From contig CALXTW010000001.1 of the NCBI GenBank assembly GCA_944391515.1, positions 1,378 to 65,377 of the forward strand: a DNA stretch of 64,000 bases. Reading direction: 5' to 3'. The stretch is from an uncultured Alphaproteobacteria bacterium. Lineage in GTDB: Bacteria; Pseudomonadota; Alphaproteobacteria; RF32; CAG-239. Numbering within the stretch: position 1 is the first letter of the stretch; every line of letters starts with the position of its first letter. The position numbers and the translations under genes are program-made. Under the pieces are notes generated by a model. That model searched no databases. It was not told the origin of the DNA and was given only the letters and a program-made list of their open reading frames with translations. Shown here one piece after another: positions 1 to 8,750 of this stretch.

Positions 1-455
1 TACCGCAAAAAGTTGCTGAATTTTTGGCTCAAAAAATTACTTCAAATATTCGTGAATTGGAAGGAGCTTTACGCAGAGTTATCGCTCACTCTCAACTCTT
101 GTCTGACAAAGAAATTACTTTAGATATGACACAAGATGTTTTGAAAGATATGCTTCGCTCTTTTGATAAACGCACAACAATTGATGAAATTCAAAAGAAA
201 GTCGCTGAGCACTTCAATATCTCAGTTAAAGAAATGCAATCTTCTCGCAGAGCTCGTACGGTTGCTCGTCCAAGACAAATTGCAATGTATTTGGCTAAGC
301 AATTAACTTCTCGCTCTTTACCTGAAATCGGACGCAAGTTTGACAGAGATCATACAACTGTTATGCATGCCGTTCGCAAGGTTGAGGAGTTGATTTTGGA
401 AGATGCTTCTTTGGCAGAAAATGTTGATGCTTTAAGACGCTCTTTAGAGGCTTAA
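1..455 (+). CDS. dnaA: Chromosomal replication initiator DnaA, C-terminal part (5' end lies outside the window)
   Basis: The frame is open from the window edge. Translation ...KITSNIRELEGALRRVIAHSQLL ... RQIAMYLAKQLTSRSLPEIGRKFDRDHTTVMHAVRKVEEL matches the DnaA domain III/IV DNA-binding signature. Confidence 0.9.
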   Translation, partial: PQKVAEFLAQKITSNIRELEGALRRVIAHSQLLSDKEITLDMTQDVLKDMLRSFDKRTTIDEIQKKVAEHFNISVKEMQSSRRARTVARPRQIAMYLAKQLTSRSLPEIGRKFDRDHTTVMHAVRKVEELILEDASLAENVDALRRSLEA

Positions 456-490
456 TCCTCTTTCTTAAAATAAAAACACAATGAGAAAAC

Positions 491-522
491 CTCGTAATTA
501 AATTACGGGGTTTTCTTTTACC
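491..522 (+). terminator. Rho-independent terminator after dnaA
   Basis: Hairpin gaaaacctcgtaatt/aattacggggttttc followed by a T-run. Confidence 0.5.
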
Positions 523-624
523 GAATCGATTACAAAAAACTGTTGATAAGCAGTGTTTTTTATTATGCTTTTGGTGCAATGTGCTAAAATTGAGCTAATA
601 GAAACTAAAATTTTGGTGATGAAA

Positions 625-1743
625 ATGAAATTTACTATCGAACGCGCAAATTTGCTCAAATCTTTAAGCCACGTCCAAAGTATCGTGGAAAAAAGAAACA
701 CGATTCCCGTTCTTTCTAACGTGCGAATCGAAGCTATGGAAGACGGTATCAGCTTTAAGGCTACCGATATGGATACCGAAATTACGGAAATTGTTGATGC
801 TAAGACATCAGAAGTCGGTGCAACAACCGCTCCGGCACACATGCTCTATGATATCGTCAGAAAATTATCTGATGGTTCTGATGTTGAACTTACCTTCCCT
901 GATGAAAAAGGACAATTAACAATTGCTTCAGGCAAGTCTAAGTTCTCTTTGTCTTGCATCGGGGTTGAAGATTTTCCGGTTATTTCCGGTGATAAATTGC
1001 CAACAAACTTTGTTATGGCAAAAGAAGAATTAAAAGATGTTATCGACCGCACAAAATTTGCCGTTTCAACCGAAGAAACCAGATATTATCTGAACGGTGT
1101 TTATATGCACGCAAAAAACGAAGGCGAAGCGAAGGTTTTGCGCGTGGTTGCAACTGACGGTCACCGCTTGGCTTGCGTTGAATCTCCTTTGCCGAAAGGC
1201 GCTGAAAATATGGTCGGCGTTATTATTCCGAGAAAGACTGTTGGTGAAATTCGTAAATTGTTAGATGATACAAGCGCTGAAGAAATTGCGATTGCTTTGT
1301 CTGAAAACAAAATTCGTTTCACTATGGAAGATATTACCTTAACATCAAAACTCATTGACGGAACTTATCCTGATTATGAACGCGTTATTCCGACTGATAA
1401 TGACAAAGTTTTGGAATTGGGTGTTAAAGATTTGGCCGCTGCCGTTGACCGTGTATCTGTTGTGGCAGAAAGAACACGCGCCATCAAAATGTTGACAGCT
1501 AAAAACCACGTCACAATCACAACTTCAAGTCCTGATCTTGGCAGCGCTCAAGAAGAAATCGAAGCTAAATATGACAGTGAAGCTCTGGAAATCGGCTATA
1601 ACTTCCGCTATTTGTTGGATATTTTGGCTGAAGTTAAAGGCGAGAGTGTTCGTATCAGTTTTGCGGACGGCTCTTCTCCGTCTGTTATCCATGACACTTC
1701 AGATTCAAGCGCAATCTATGTTTTGATGCCGATGAGAGTGTAA
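625..1743 (+). CDS. dnaN: DNA polymerase III beta sliding clamp
   Basis: MKFTIERANLLKSL...IPVLSNVRIEA is a typical DnaN N-terminus. The length from the ATG at 625 is 372 aa. Position directly after dnaA. The ORF track extends upstream to 553, but the internal ATG fits homologs. Confidence 0.9.
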   Translation: MKFTIERANLLKSLSHVQSIVEKRNTIPVLSNVRIEAMEDGISFKATDMDTEITEIVDAKTSEVGATTAPAHMLYDIVRKLSDGSDVELTFPDEKGQLTIASGKSKFSLSCIGVEDFPVISGDKLPTNFVMAKEELKDVIDRTKFAVSTEETRYYLNGVYMHAKNEGEAKVLRVVATDGHRLACVESPLPKGAENMVGVIIPRKTVGEIRKLLDDTSAEEIAIALSENKIRFTMEDITLTSKLIDGTYPDYERVIPTDNDKVLELGVKDLAAAVDRVSVVAERTRAIKMLTAKNHVTITTSSPDLGSAQEEIEAKYDSEALEIGYNFRYLLDILAEVKGESVRISFADGSSPSVIHDTSDSSAIYVLMPMRV

Positions 1744-1744
1744 G

Positions 1745-2965
1745 TTGGACAATACTGCCGAAATATTAAGTTTTGCTAATCAGATAAAGTCAGGTGTTAC
1801 CCGCCTGACTTTAACTGATTTCAGAAACTATGCGCATTTACGCATTAACGCAGACCTAGCACCGATTGTTATTACCGGTGATAACGGTGTCGGCAAAACA
1901 AATATTTTGGAAGCTATCTCTTTTTTAACACCGGGAAGAGGCATGCGGAGTGCAAAACTCTCCGATATTAGACGTATTAGCCCTTGCTTGGTTGATGATG
2001 AATATGCTCCCACCGCTATCAGCAATACCAGCTGGGCCGTATCGGCAACCGTTCGCAATAATGATGATGATATCGAAATCGGGACGGCTGTTGAAAAATC
2101 CATTCGTGACGATGATGACGACACACGGAGCTTTGACCGAAGAATCGTTAAAATAGATGGCATTAAAACAAACTCTCAAGCTGATTTAGGGCGTTATATT
2201 TCTGCTATTTGGCTAACCCCGCAAATGGACAGGCTGTTTCGTGGCGGTTCACAACCCAGAAGAAGTTTTTTGGACCGATTGGTTTATGCTTTTGATGTGG
2301 AACATGCAAAACGCACATCAAACTTTGAGCATTTGTATAAACAGTGGTATCAGCTCCTAAAAAGCGGGCAACACGATAACTTTTGGCTGAGCTCTTTAGA
2401 AGAAGAAATGGCCGGACTAGGTGTGGCAATAGCCGCGGCAAGACGTGAACAAATTGCTAAGCTCAACACTTTTATTGAACATGAGCCAGATGATGTGTTC
2501 CCTAATGTTTTGCTTGAGCTAGACGGCATGGTTGAAAAAATGTTGGATAAAATGCCGGCGCTTGATGCCGAAGAAGCTTATTGCGCCAACCTAAAAGCAC
2601 AAAGGCGAAATGTTCTATATAATGACTTTGTTGACGGCGTTAATCGAACAGATTTTAAGGTTTATTTCAAGAAGAAAAGAATGCCGGCCGAACTTTGCTC
2701 AACCGGAGAGCAAAAGTCTTTGCTTATCAGCATTATTTTAGCACAAACCAAGTGCCAAACCTTGGACAAAGGATTTGCTCCCGTATTGTTGCTTGATGAG
2801 GTTGTGGCACATCTTGATGACATAAAACGTGAGGCTTTGCTTGAAAAAATTCGTGATTTGAGAGTGCAAGCATGGATTACCTCAACAAATCCTAATTTAT
2901 TTACCTCCCTTAAAGATGAAGCACAGTTTTGGCAAGTCAAAAACAACTCGATTATTGAGATGTAA
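1745..2965 (+). CDS. recF: DNA replication and repair protein RecF (TTG start, with an acidic insertion)
   Basis: Walker A ITGDNGVGKTNILEAI. C-terminal signature region LLLDEVVAHLD. Position after dnaN. About 30 extra acidic residues (NNDDDIEIG...RDDDDDTRSFD). Confidence 0.88.
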   Translation: MDNTAEILSFANQIKSGVTRLTLTDFRNYAHLRINADLAPIVITGDNGVGKTNILEAISFLTPGRGMRSAKLSDIRRISPCLVDDEYAPTAISNTSWAVSATVRNNDDDIEIGTAVEKSIRDDDDDTRSFDRRIVKIDGIKTNSQADLGRYISAIWLTPQMDRLFRGGSQPRRSFLDRLVYAFDVEHAKRTSNFEHLYKQWYQLLKSGQHDNFWLSSLEEEMAGLGVAIAAARREQIAKLNTFIEHEPDDVFPNVLLELDGMVEKMLDKMPALDAEEAYCANLKAQRRNVLYNDFVDGVNRTDFKVYFKKKRMPAELCSTGEQKSLLISIILAQTKCQTLDKGFAPVLLLDEVVAHLDDIKREALLEKIRDLRVQAWITSTNPNLFTSLKDEAQFWQVKNNSIIEM

Positions 2966-2996
2966 ATAATAAAAACTCCCGCTTATTAACTCAAAA

Positions 2997-3025
2997 TTGA
3001 CACATTCGGGTTATTGTAATATTAT
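2997..3025 (+). promoter_or_regulatory. Sigma70-like promoter TTGACA-17-TATTAT upstream of the 3078 ORF/PTS operon
   Basis: Exact -35 TTGACA (2997-3002) and -10 TATTAT (3020-3025) with a 17-nt spacer. Confidence 0.45.
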
Positions 3026-3077
3026 GTTTGCAATGTAGGCTTTAAGATATTAAAGCGCTTTTAATAGGATAAATACC

Positions 3078-3494
3078 ATGGAAAACCAATATTACACTCT
3101 GATTGAAAAACAAGATTTTTATGAAATCATTGAAAACAAATTCGGCGAACTGGCAATTTTTATTGATGCCAGAGAAGGCGCTCCGGTTAATCCGGTTCTC
3201 GAATTTGACGGCAAAAAAACCGCTTTGCTCAAAAGAGATGACCGCTTAGCCGTTAAGCTCGACAATATTGATGAAGAAACCAAAGGTCCTTTGGCTGAAG
3301 CTGAGTTTGTGATGATTGTGGAATTACAGGGTAAAATGGTTGAACGCACATACGGTGTTCCGGTTGAAAATGTTGAAGAAATTACCTTTAAGGGCAAACA
3401 AACCCGTGCTGACGAATTGGTTCGTGCCAAGAGCAGAGAAGATGTTATTAACTCTTTTGGCGCCGTTAAAATTTGGTCTTGCGGTGATAAATAG
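3078..3494 (+). CDS. Hypothetical protein (138 aa) co-oriented with the PTS EIIA/HPr genes
   Basis: Intact ORF with an RBS-like context. No recognisable motif. Confidence 0.5.
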   Translation: MENQYYTLIEKQDFYEIIENKFGELAIFIDAREGAPVNPVLEFDGKKTALLKRDDRLAVKLDNIDEETKGPLAEAEFVMIVELQGKMVERTYGVPVENVEEITFKGKQTRADELVRAKSREDVINSFGAVKIWSCGDK

Positions 3495-3507
3495 TTAAGG
3501 AAAAAAT

Positions 3508-3906
3508 ATGATTGGTTTAGTTTTAGTTACCCATGGAAATCTTGCCTTGGAATTTATTTCGGCCATGCAACATGTGGTCGGAAAGCAAGAACAAGTTGAG
3601 GCTGTTTGTATTGGTCCGGAAGACGATATGGAAATGAGAAGAAATGAAATCCTCTCAAAGGCTGAAAGCGTCAATTCCGGCGACGGAACAATTGTTTTAA
3701 CAGATATGTTTGGCGGAACACCTTCTAACTTGGCAATCTCTATTATGGACAGAGCAAAGGTGGAAATCATTGCCGGTATTAACTTGCCGATGCTGATTAA
3801 ACTTGCTTCTTTGCGCAAAGATAAGTCCTTAAAAGAAGCCGTTGAAGGCGCTCAAGATGCCGGCAAAAAATATATTAATGTAGCCTCTAAATTATTGGGA
3901 ATGTAA
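3508..3906 (+). CDS. PTS EIIA component, mannose/fructose family (ManX-like, nitrogen-PTS type)
   Basis: MIGLVLVTHGNLA...EVEAVCIGPED...IVLTDMFGGTPSN is the classic EIIA-Man fold signature with the catalytic His in VTHG. RBS aagga. Confidence 0.8.
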   Translation: MIGLVLVTHGNLALEFISAMQHVVGKQEQVEAVCIGPEDDMEMRRNEILSKAESVNSGDGTIVLTDMFGGTPSNLAISIMDRAKVEIIAGINLPMLIKLASLRKDKSLKEAVEGAQDAGKKYINVASKLLGM

Positions 3907-3909
3907 GTC

Positions 3910-4188
3910 ATGGCTGATGAAACTTTATCCGCAACCTTAGAAATTCAAAACAAAAAAGGTTTACATGCCAGAGCGGCCGCCGCTTTTGTGAAAGCTATTG
4001 AAGATTTGGATGCTGATGTAACCGTGGAGAGAATCGGCCAAACCGTAAGCGGTTGCTCAATTATGGGATTGATGATGTTGGCTGCGGCCAAAGGCACAAC
4101 CATTAAAGTTAACTGCTCGGGAAATCAGGCAAAAGAAGCTCTGGATGCTTTAACATTATTGGTTAACAGTAAGTTCGGCGAAGAATAA
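3910..4188 (+). CDS. ptsH: Phosphocarrier protein HPr (NPr-like)
   Basis: NKKGLHARAAAAFV (His15 motif) and the GxS region GCSIMGLMML. 92 aa. Confidence 0.85.
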   Translation: MADETLSATLEIQNKKGLHARAAAAFVKAIEDLDADVTVERIGQTVSGCSIMGLMMLAAAKGTTIKVNCSGNQAKEALDALTLLVNSKFGEE

Positions 4189-4192
4189 GTCA

Positions 4193-5113
4193 ATGAAAAC
4201 CAAAGCTCCCCGTAATAAAACTTTGGAGCTCAATAGGGCGCAAACTCAAACTTACGCCGCGCAAGCCGTTAAACTCAAAAGACTAGCTAGCCTTCATGAA
4301 GTCCTAAATCAAATTATTTGGCAAGATGCTTTTAAGGCGATTGATTTGTTGCCTGATAATTCAGTGGATTTGATGATTGTTGACCCGCCATATAATCTGA
4401 CTAAAAACTTTGGGAAATCCGTTTTCAAAGAAATGGGGCTGAATTCTTATAAAGAGTGGTTGGATTCTTGGTTATCTAAGACGGTTCGGCTTCTTAAAGA
4501 TAATGCCTCGATTTATATTTGTGCCGACTGGAAAACCTCTATTGCCATACCGGAAGTTGCAGGAAAATATTTTTTGTTGCAAAACCGAATTTCTTGGGAA
4601 AGAGAAAAAGGCAGAGGAGCCTCCAACAACTGGAAAAATTGCTTGGAAGATATTTGGTTCTTCACCAAAGGAAAAGATTATACGTTTAATTTGGATAATG
4701 TTAAAATCCAACGTAAGGTGATTGCTCCTTATCGGGATAAATCCGGTTTGCCAAAAGATTGGGTGCAGAACGATGATGAAAGATACCGTTTAACGGCTCC
4801 TTCAAATATTTGGACAGATATATCAATTCCCTTCTGGTCAATGCCGGAAAACACCCCTCACCCCACACAAAAGCCTGAAAAGCTGATTGCAAAACTTATT
4901 TTGGCCTCAAGCAATGAGGGTGATGTGGTGTTTGACCCGTTTGTCGGCTCGGGAACCACCGCCGTTACCGCAAAAAAACTCAAACGAAACTTTATTGCTA
5001 TTGAGAGAGAAAAAGAATATGTCGCTCTGGCGCTTAAACGCTTGGAATTAGCCGAAGAATTTCCTGAAATTCAGGGTTATGAAAACGGAATCTTTCGCGC
5101 TCGTAACGGATAA
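4193..5113 (+). CDS. Site-specific DNA methyltransferase, N6-adenine/N4-cytosine beta-class (CcrM/HinfI-like, short form)
   Basis: Motif IV DLMIVDPPYNL. AdoMet motif VVFDPFVGSGTT near the C-terminus, i.e. beta-class order. PHPTQKPEKLI is conserved with CcrM/M.HinfI. 306 aa, lacking the CcrM C-terminal extension. Confidence 0.8.
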   Translation: MKTKAPRNKTLELNRAQTQTYAAQAVKLKRLASLHEVLNQIIWQDAFKAIDLLPDNSVDLMIVDPPYNLTKNFGKSVFKEMGLNSYKEWLDSWLSKTVRLLKDNASIYICADWKTSIAIPEVAGKYFLLQNRISWEREKGRGASNNWKNCLEDIWFFTKGKDYTFNLDNVKIQRKVIAPYRDKSGLPKDWVQNDDERYRLTAPSNIWTDISIPFWSMPENTPHPTQKPEKLIAKLILASSNEGDVVFDPFVGSGTTAVTAKKLKRNFIAIEREKEYVALALKRLELAEEFPEIQGYENGIFRARNG

Positions 5114-5212
5114 ATTTAATAATAAGTCTATAAAACCTGTTTTTTCTCACATAACATATTACATCTTCAGAGACCAATTATGGTTCAATCATAACCTTTA
5201 AGGAGAAAAAAC

Positions 5213-5338
5213 ATGTCTTGTAATTGCAATAATAACAATACCAAAACTACTAAATCTGCTTCAAGCAACTCAAATTCTTCTAGCTCTTCTAACTCCACAA
5301 AATCTGCTTCTACAAAAAAAGAAAGTTGCAATAAATAA
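5213..5338 (+). CDS. Small Ser/Asn/Thr-rich peptide (41 aa), MSCNCNNNNTKTTKSASSNSNSSSSSNSTKSASTKKESCNK
   Basis: Not in the ORF track because it is under 60 aa. Strong SD AAGGAG 7 nt upstream of the ATG. A rho-independent terminator follows immediately. Cys residues at both ends. Confidence 0.4.
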   Translation: MSCNCNNNNTKTTKSASSNSNSSSSSNSTKSASTKKESCNK

Positions 5339-5357
5339 GCCTATTCCTTAAATTGAA

Positions 5358-5395
5358 AAATCTCCTCAACTTTTCAGTCGGGGAGATTTTTTTAT
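5358..5395 (+). terminator. Rho-independent terminator after the micro-ORF
   Basis: aaatctcc ... ggagattt hairpin followed by TTTTTTT. Confidence 0.5.
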
Positions 5396-5459
5396 TAGAC
5401 TATTTCTGATTATTGATTATATTAATTGATGTTTGTGTTTTAGAATAAGGAACGGCAAA

Positions 5460-6083
5460 ATGAAAATATCAATTTGGGCGGCTTGTTGCGCTGTTTTGCT
5501 CTTGAGTGCTCATCCGGTGTTGGCGCAAAAACAAGAAAACTTAAAACAAATTGAAAACTATCTTAATAACATCAAAACCATGCAGGCCTCCTTTGTACAA
5601 ACTGCCAGCAATGGTAATACCGCAGAGGGAAAATTATATATTCAAAAACCAAACAAAATCCGTATGGAGTATAATCCACCGGTTGATGTGAATATCATTG
5701 GTGACGGGGATTATATCGTCTATCATGATAAAGAATTAGACCAAGTTACCAATATTGATTATGATGATATTCCGGCGAGTTTGATTTTGGCAAATGATGT
5801 GAAACTCGACGGAAAAGCTTTCAAAGTAATTGACTATTATCAAGATGCCGGAATTACAAAAATAAAAGTGCAATATCAGGAAAAAGAAGATATCGGTCCG
5901 ATTTCTCTGACTTTTAACAACAATCCGTTTGAGCTCAAACAATGGAGTATTGTTGACCCGCAAAGCGTGGAGGTAACGGTATCTCTTTATAACGCGCAAA
6001 AAGACGTGGATTTAGACAGCTCTTTGTTCAAGTTCAAAAAAGAAAATAAAGGTCCCAAAAGCTATAAAAAAGGACGCCGTTAA
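5460..6083 (+). CDS. lolA: Outer-membrane lipoprotein carrier protein LolA
   Basis: Signal peptide MKISIWAACCAVLLLSAHPVLA. LolA-like length and pattern (TMQASFVQ ... YIQKPNKIRMEY). Start moved to the ATG with an RBS (aaggaa). Confidence 0.7.
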   Translation: MKISIWAACCAVLLLSAHPVLAQKQENLKQIENYLNNIKTMQASFVQTASNGNTAEGKLYIQKPNKIRMEYNPPVDVNIIGDGDYIVYHDKELDQVTNIDYDDIPASLILANDVKLDGKAFKVIDYYQDAGITKIKVQYQEKEDIGPISLTFNNNPFELKQWSIVDPQSVEVTVSLYNAQKDVDLDSSLFKFKKENKGPKSYKKGRR

Positions 6084-6085
6084 TT

Positions 6086-6901
6086 ATGGCTTCGGAAAAG
6101 ACTTTCAAGCTCGCAACCTGGAACGTAAATTCCATTCGCATTCGTTTGGAATTGTTAAAGGTTTTGGTTGAAAAAGAAAATCCCGATATTATTTGCATTC
6201 AAGAAGTTAAGGCCAAAAGAGAAGATTTTCCGTTTGAGGAAATTGAGGCTTTGGGGTATAAAAATATTGCTCTGTACAGTATGCCCGGCTACAACGGCGT
6301 GGCTATTTTATCCAAGACACATTTGGAAGGAATCGAGCAAAAAGATTGGGTAGGCAAAAGCGATGCCAGACATATTATTGCCCGCGTGTTTGATGATTTG
6401 GAAATTAACAATATCTATATTCCCGCCGGTGGCGACATTCCCGACCCGATTGAAAATATTTCTTTTGCACACAAACTGACCTTTATGGACGATGTGGCTG
6501 AATATTGGGAAACACACAAAGACGATTATGCTAAAAGAAAAATGATTGTTTGCGGCGATTTTAACGTGGCTCCTTTAGAAAACGATGTTTGGAATCATAA
6601 GCAAATGCTCAAAATCGTTTCGCATACACCGGTAGAAGTCTCTCGCTTAAACCGCTTGCAAAATTCTTTAGATTTTGTAGATACCGTACGTTTTTTTCAT
6701 CCCGAACCTGAAAAAATATTTACTTGGTGGAGTTATCGAAACCCTAATTGGCAGACAAACAATAAAGGGCGTAGGCTTGACCATATTTGGGTTTCACCTT
6801 GCTTAAAGGATAGAATCGTCTCGGTTAAAATTTGCAAATTTATGAGAGAGCAAGAAAGACCATCTGACCACGTTCCGGTGATTGTGGAAATAAAAAAATA
6901 A
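6086..6901 (+). CDS. xthA: Exodeoxyribonuclease III / AP endonuclease
   Basis: KLATWNVNSIR, ICIQEVK, GDFNVAP, DHVPV motifs of the EEP-family ExoIII. Confidence 0.85.
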   Translation: MASEKTFKLATWNVNSIRIRLELLKVLVEKENPDIICIQEVKAKREDFPFEEIEALGYKNIALYSMPGYNGVAILSKTHLEGIEQKDWVGKSDARHIIARVFDDLEINNIYIPAGGDIPDPIENISFAHKLTFMDDVAEYWETHKDDYAKRKMIVCGDFNVAPLENDVWNHKQMLKIVSHTPVEVSRLNRLQNSLDFVDTVRFFHPEPEKIFTWWSYRNPNWQTNNKGRRLDHIWVSPCLKDRIVSVKICKFMREQERPSDHVPVIVEIKK

Positions 6902-6978
6902 CTTCCTTTTATAATTGTGATTGACCTAAGAAAAAACTCTCTTTACACTCTTGATAAACATAAAAAAGGTCAGAGTTG

Positions 6979-8109
6979 ATGAAATTTAAGTTTTCAATAT
7001 TTTGTTTTGCCATGCTTGCCTTGAATGCCTCTCAAGCAAAAGCTGAAGAATCACAATTTATTTATGAGGGAAGAATCGATGCCTTGTATGGCTATATTAT
7101 GCCCTCAAACCGCTACAAGCATAATTCGCCCAGAGACAAAACCATTTACAACCTTAGCCTTAATCTGGGCTGGGAAAAAGAGTTTAATGACGTGCGCAAA
7201 CTCGGGCTTTATGCCGACCTTAATGCCGGAATTAACCGCGATATGTATAATTATAACAACGGCAACTGGGGGCAAGAGTTATACGCAATTTATGATGATG
7301 TGTTCGGGCGGATTATGTTGGGTGAAACCTATAACGCGGCCTATCAATTTCAAGTGGGAGCTCCGCGCGTGGGTGCCATGGGGGTTAATGATTCCGATAT
7401 TGTTAACTTTATGACGAATCCAAACTGGATTAGAGATAAGCACACGACAAGTTTTCAGACGCTCAATTCTACCTCTATTAACACGGATGGTGTTGCTCCG
7501 AAAATCACTTACATCACTCCTGAAATTTACAACACGATGTTTGGTTTTTCGTATGCGCCGGATAGTTATGACCGCCGCGGATTGGTCAATAAATTTGCCA
7601 GATATGAAGATGATTCCGCCTATGTCTTTTCTTTATATACCGAACAAGACCTCGGGTTTGCGGATATGTCGGCCGCGTTGGGTTATGGTATTTTTCACCA
7701 AGATGATAAAGAGTTTTCAGCCGGTTTGAGTTTTTATAAAGGCGGTTGGACACTTGGGGCTAGTTATCGTAAATCTTATGTGGACGGCGGAGACTATTCG
7801 ATTACGGAAGTCTCAAATAACCCGAGACTGCCCGATTTGTTTGATAACTACCGTGAGGGACAGGCATGGGATATTGGAATCGGATATGAAATCGGGCCTT
7901 ACAGCGTGGCTTTATCATATTTGCACAGCGAGGCTGAAAATACCGATAACCAAGATGATATTTTTATGCTGTCGCAACAATACCAATTCAACAAATATGT
8001 TGATTTGTACTTAATCGGGGCGCAAGTCAACTTTAGAGGCGCAAATAAAGATATTGAAAATAACAACAAAGGTTACAGCGTTGTGGCCGGTGTCGGTTTG
8101 CACTTTTAA
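6979..8109 (+). CDS. Outer-membrane beta-barrel protein, putative porin
   Basis: Signal peptide MKFKFSIFCFAMLALNASQA. Alternating amphipathic Tyr/Gly-rich strands. C-terminal ...GVGLHF ending in Phe, typical of an OMP. Confidence 0.5.
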   Translation: MKFKFSIFCFAMLALNASQAKAEESQFIYEGRIDALYGYIMPSNRYKHNSPRDKTIYNLSLNLGWEKEFNDVRKLGLYADLNAGINRDMYNYNNGNWGQELYAIYDDVFGRIMLGETYNAAYQFQVGAPRVGAMGVNDSDIVNFMTNPNWIRDKHTTSFQTLNSTSINTDGVAPKITYITPEIYNTMFGFSYAPDSYDRRGLVNKFARYEDDSAYVFSLYTEQDLGFADMSAALGYGIFHQDDKEFSAGLSFYKGGWTLGASYRKSYVDGGDYSITEVSNNPRLPDLFDNYREGQAWDIGIGYEIGPYSVALSYLHSEAENTDNQDDIFMLSQQYQFNKYVDLYLIGAQVNFRGANKDIENNNKGYSVVAGVGLHF

Positions 8110-8123
8110 GCAGGAGAGATGTA

Positions 8124-8750
8124 ATGCCTAGTATCTTGTTTTTATCTGACAATGAAGGATTTGCCGAAGATTTATGCGGGCAGATTCACCTCTATGCTCC
8201 CGAATTTTCTATTGAAAGAGAAGATGATGATGCGTCCTATGATATTTATATCTTAGATGAAAAGAGAGAGCTTTTGCCTCGTTTGCGAGAAAAACATGTA
8301 AAATCACCAATCGTGTTGCTGGAAAAAAATGTTGACGGTTTAACCGAAAGTGGTGATTTGGTGTTTTTGGTTGAAAAACCTTTCCGTCTCAATGAGTTTT
8401 TGAACAATTTACGCTCTTGTATTAACAAGTTTGAAAACAGCAGTGATGCTTATTTGACATTTAATAACTATGAGCTTCATCCTTTAGCTAAAGAGATTTT
8501 GAACCTGCGCAATAATGAGCTCATCAAACTCACCGAAAAAGAAGTGGCGGTGATTAAATATCTTTACAAAGCAAAAGATAAAATCGTCAGCAAAACCGAT
8601 TTGTTACAAGATGTGTGGGATTATAATGCCGAAGTTTCAACCCATACAATTGAAACGCATATTTACCGCCTCAGACAAAAGGTGGAGCATGATGATGTAG
8701 ATGCTCAACTCATCATTACCGAAAACGGCGGTTATAAGCTCAAATTCTAG
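8124..8750 (+). CDS. OmpR-family winged-helix regulator with an atypical receiver domain (orphan response regulator)
   Basis: C-terminal Trans_reg_C pattern LTEKEVAVIKYL...SKTDLLQDVWDYN...THTIETHIYRLRQKV...GGYKL. N-terminal receiver-like region with YILDEK and KPF, but SDNE replaces the acidic DD pair. No kinase adjacent. Confidence 0.65.
   Translation: MPSILFLSDNEGFAEDLCGQIHLYAPEFSIEREDDDASYDIYILDEKRELLPRLREKHVKSPIVLLEKNVDGLTESGDLVFLVEKPFRLNEFLNNLRSCINKFENSSDAYLTFNNYELHPLAKEILNLRNNELIKLTEKEVAVIKYLYKAKDKIVSKTDLLQDVWDYNAEVSTHTIETHIYRLRQKVEHDDVDAQLIITENGGYKLKF

Noticed and set aside
455-624. dnaA-dnaN intergenic region as oriC
   Set aside because: It contains only a terminator hairpin and one weak DnaA-box-like site (TTATCAACA). 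There are not enough boxes or AT-rich 13-mers to call an origin.
4193-5113. Complete restriction-modification system
   Set aside because: No candidate endonuclease ORF flanks the MTase. Neighbours are ptsH and lolA. Treated as an orphan MTase.
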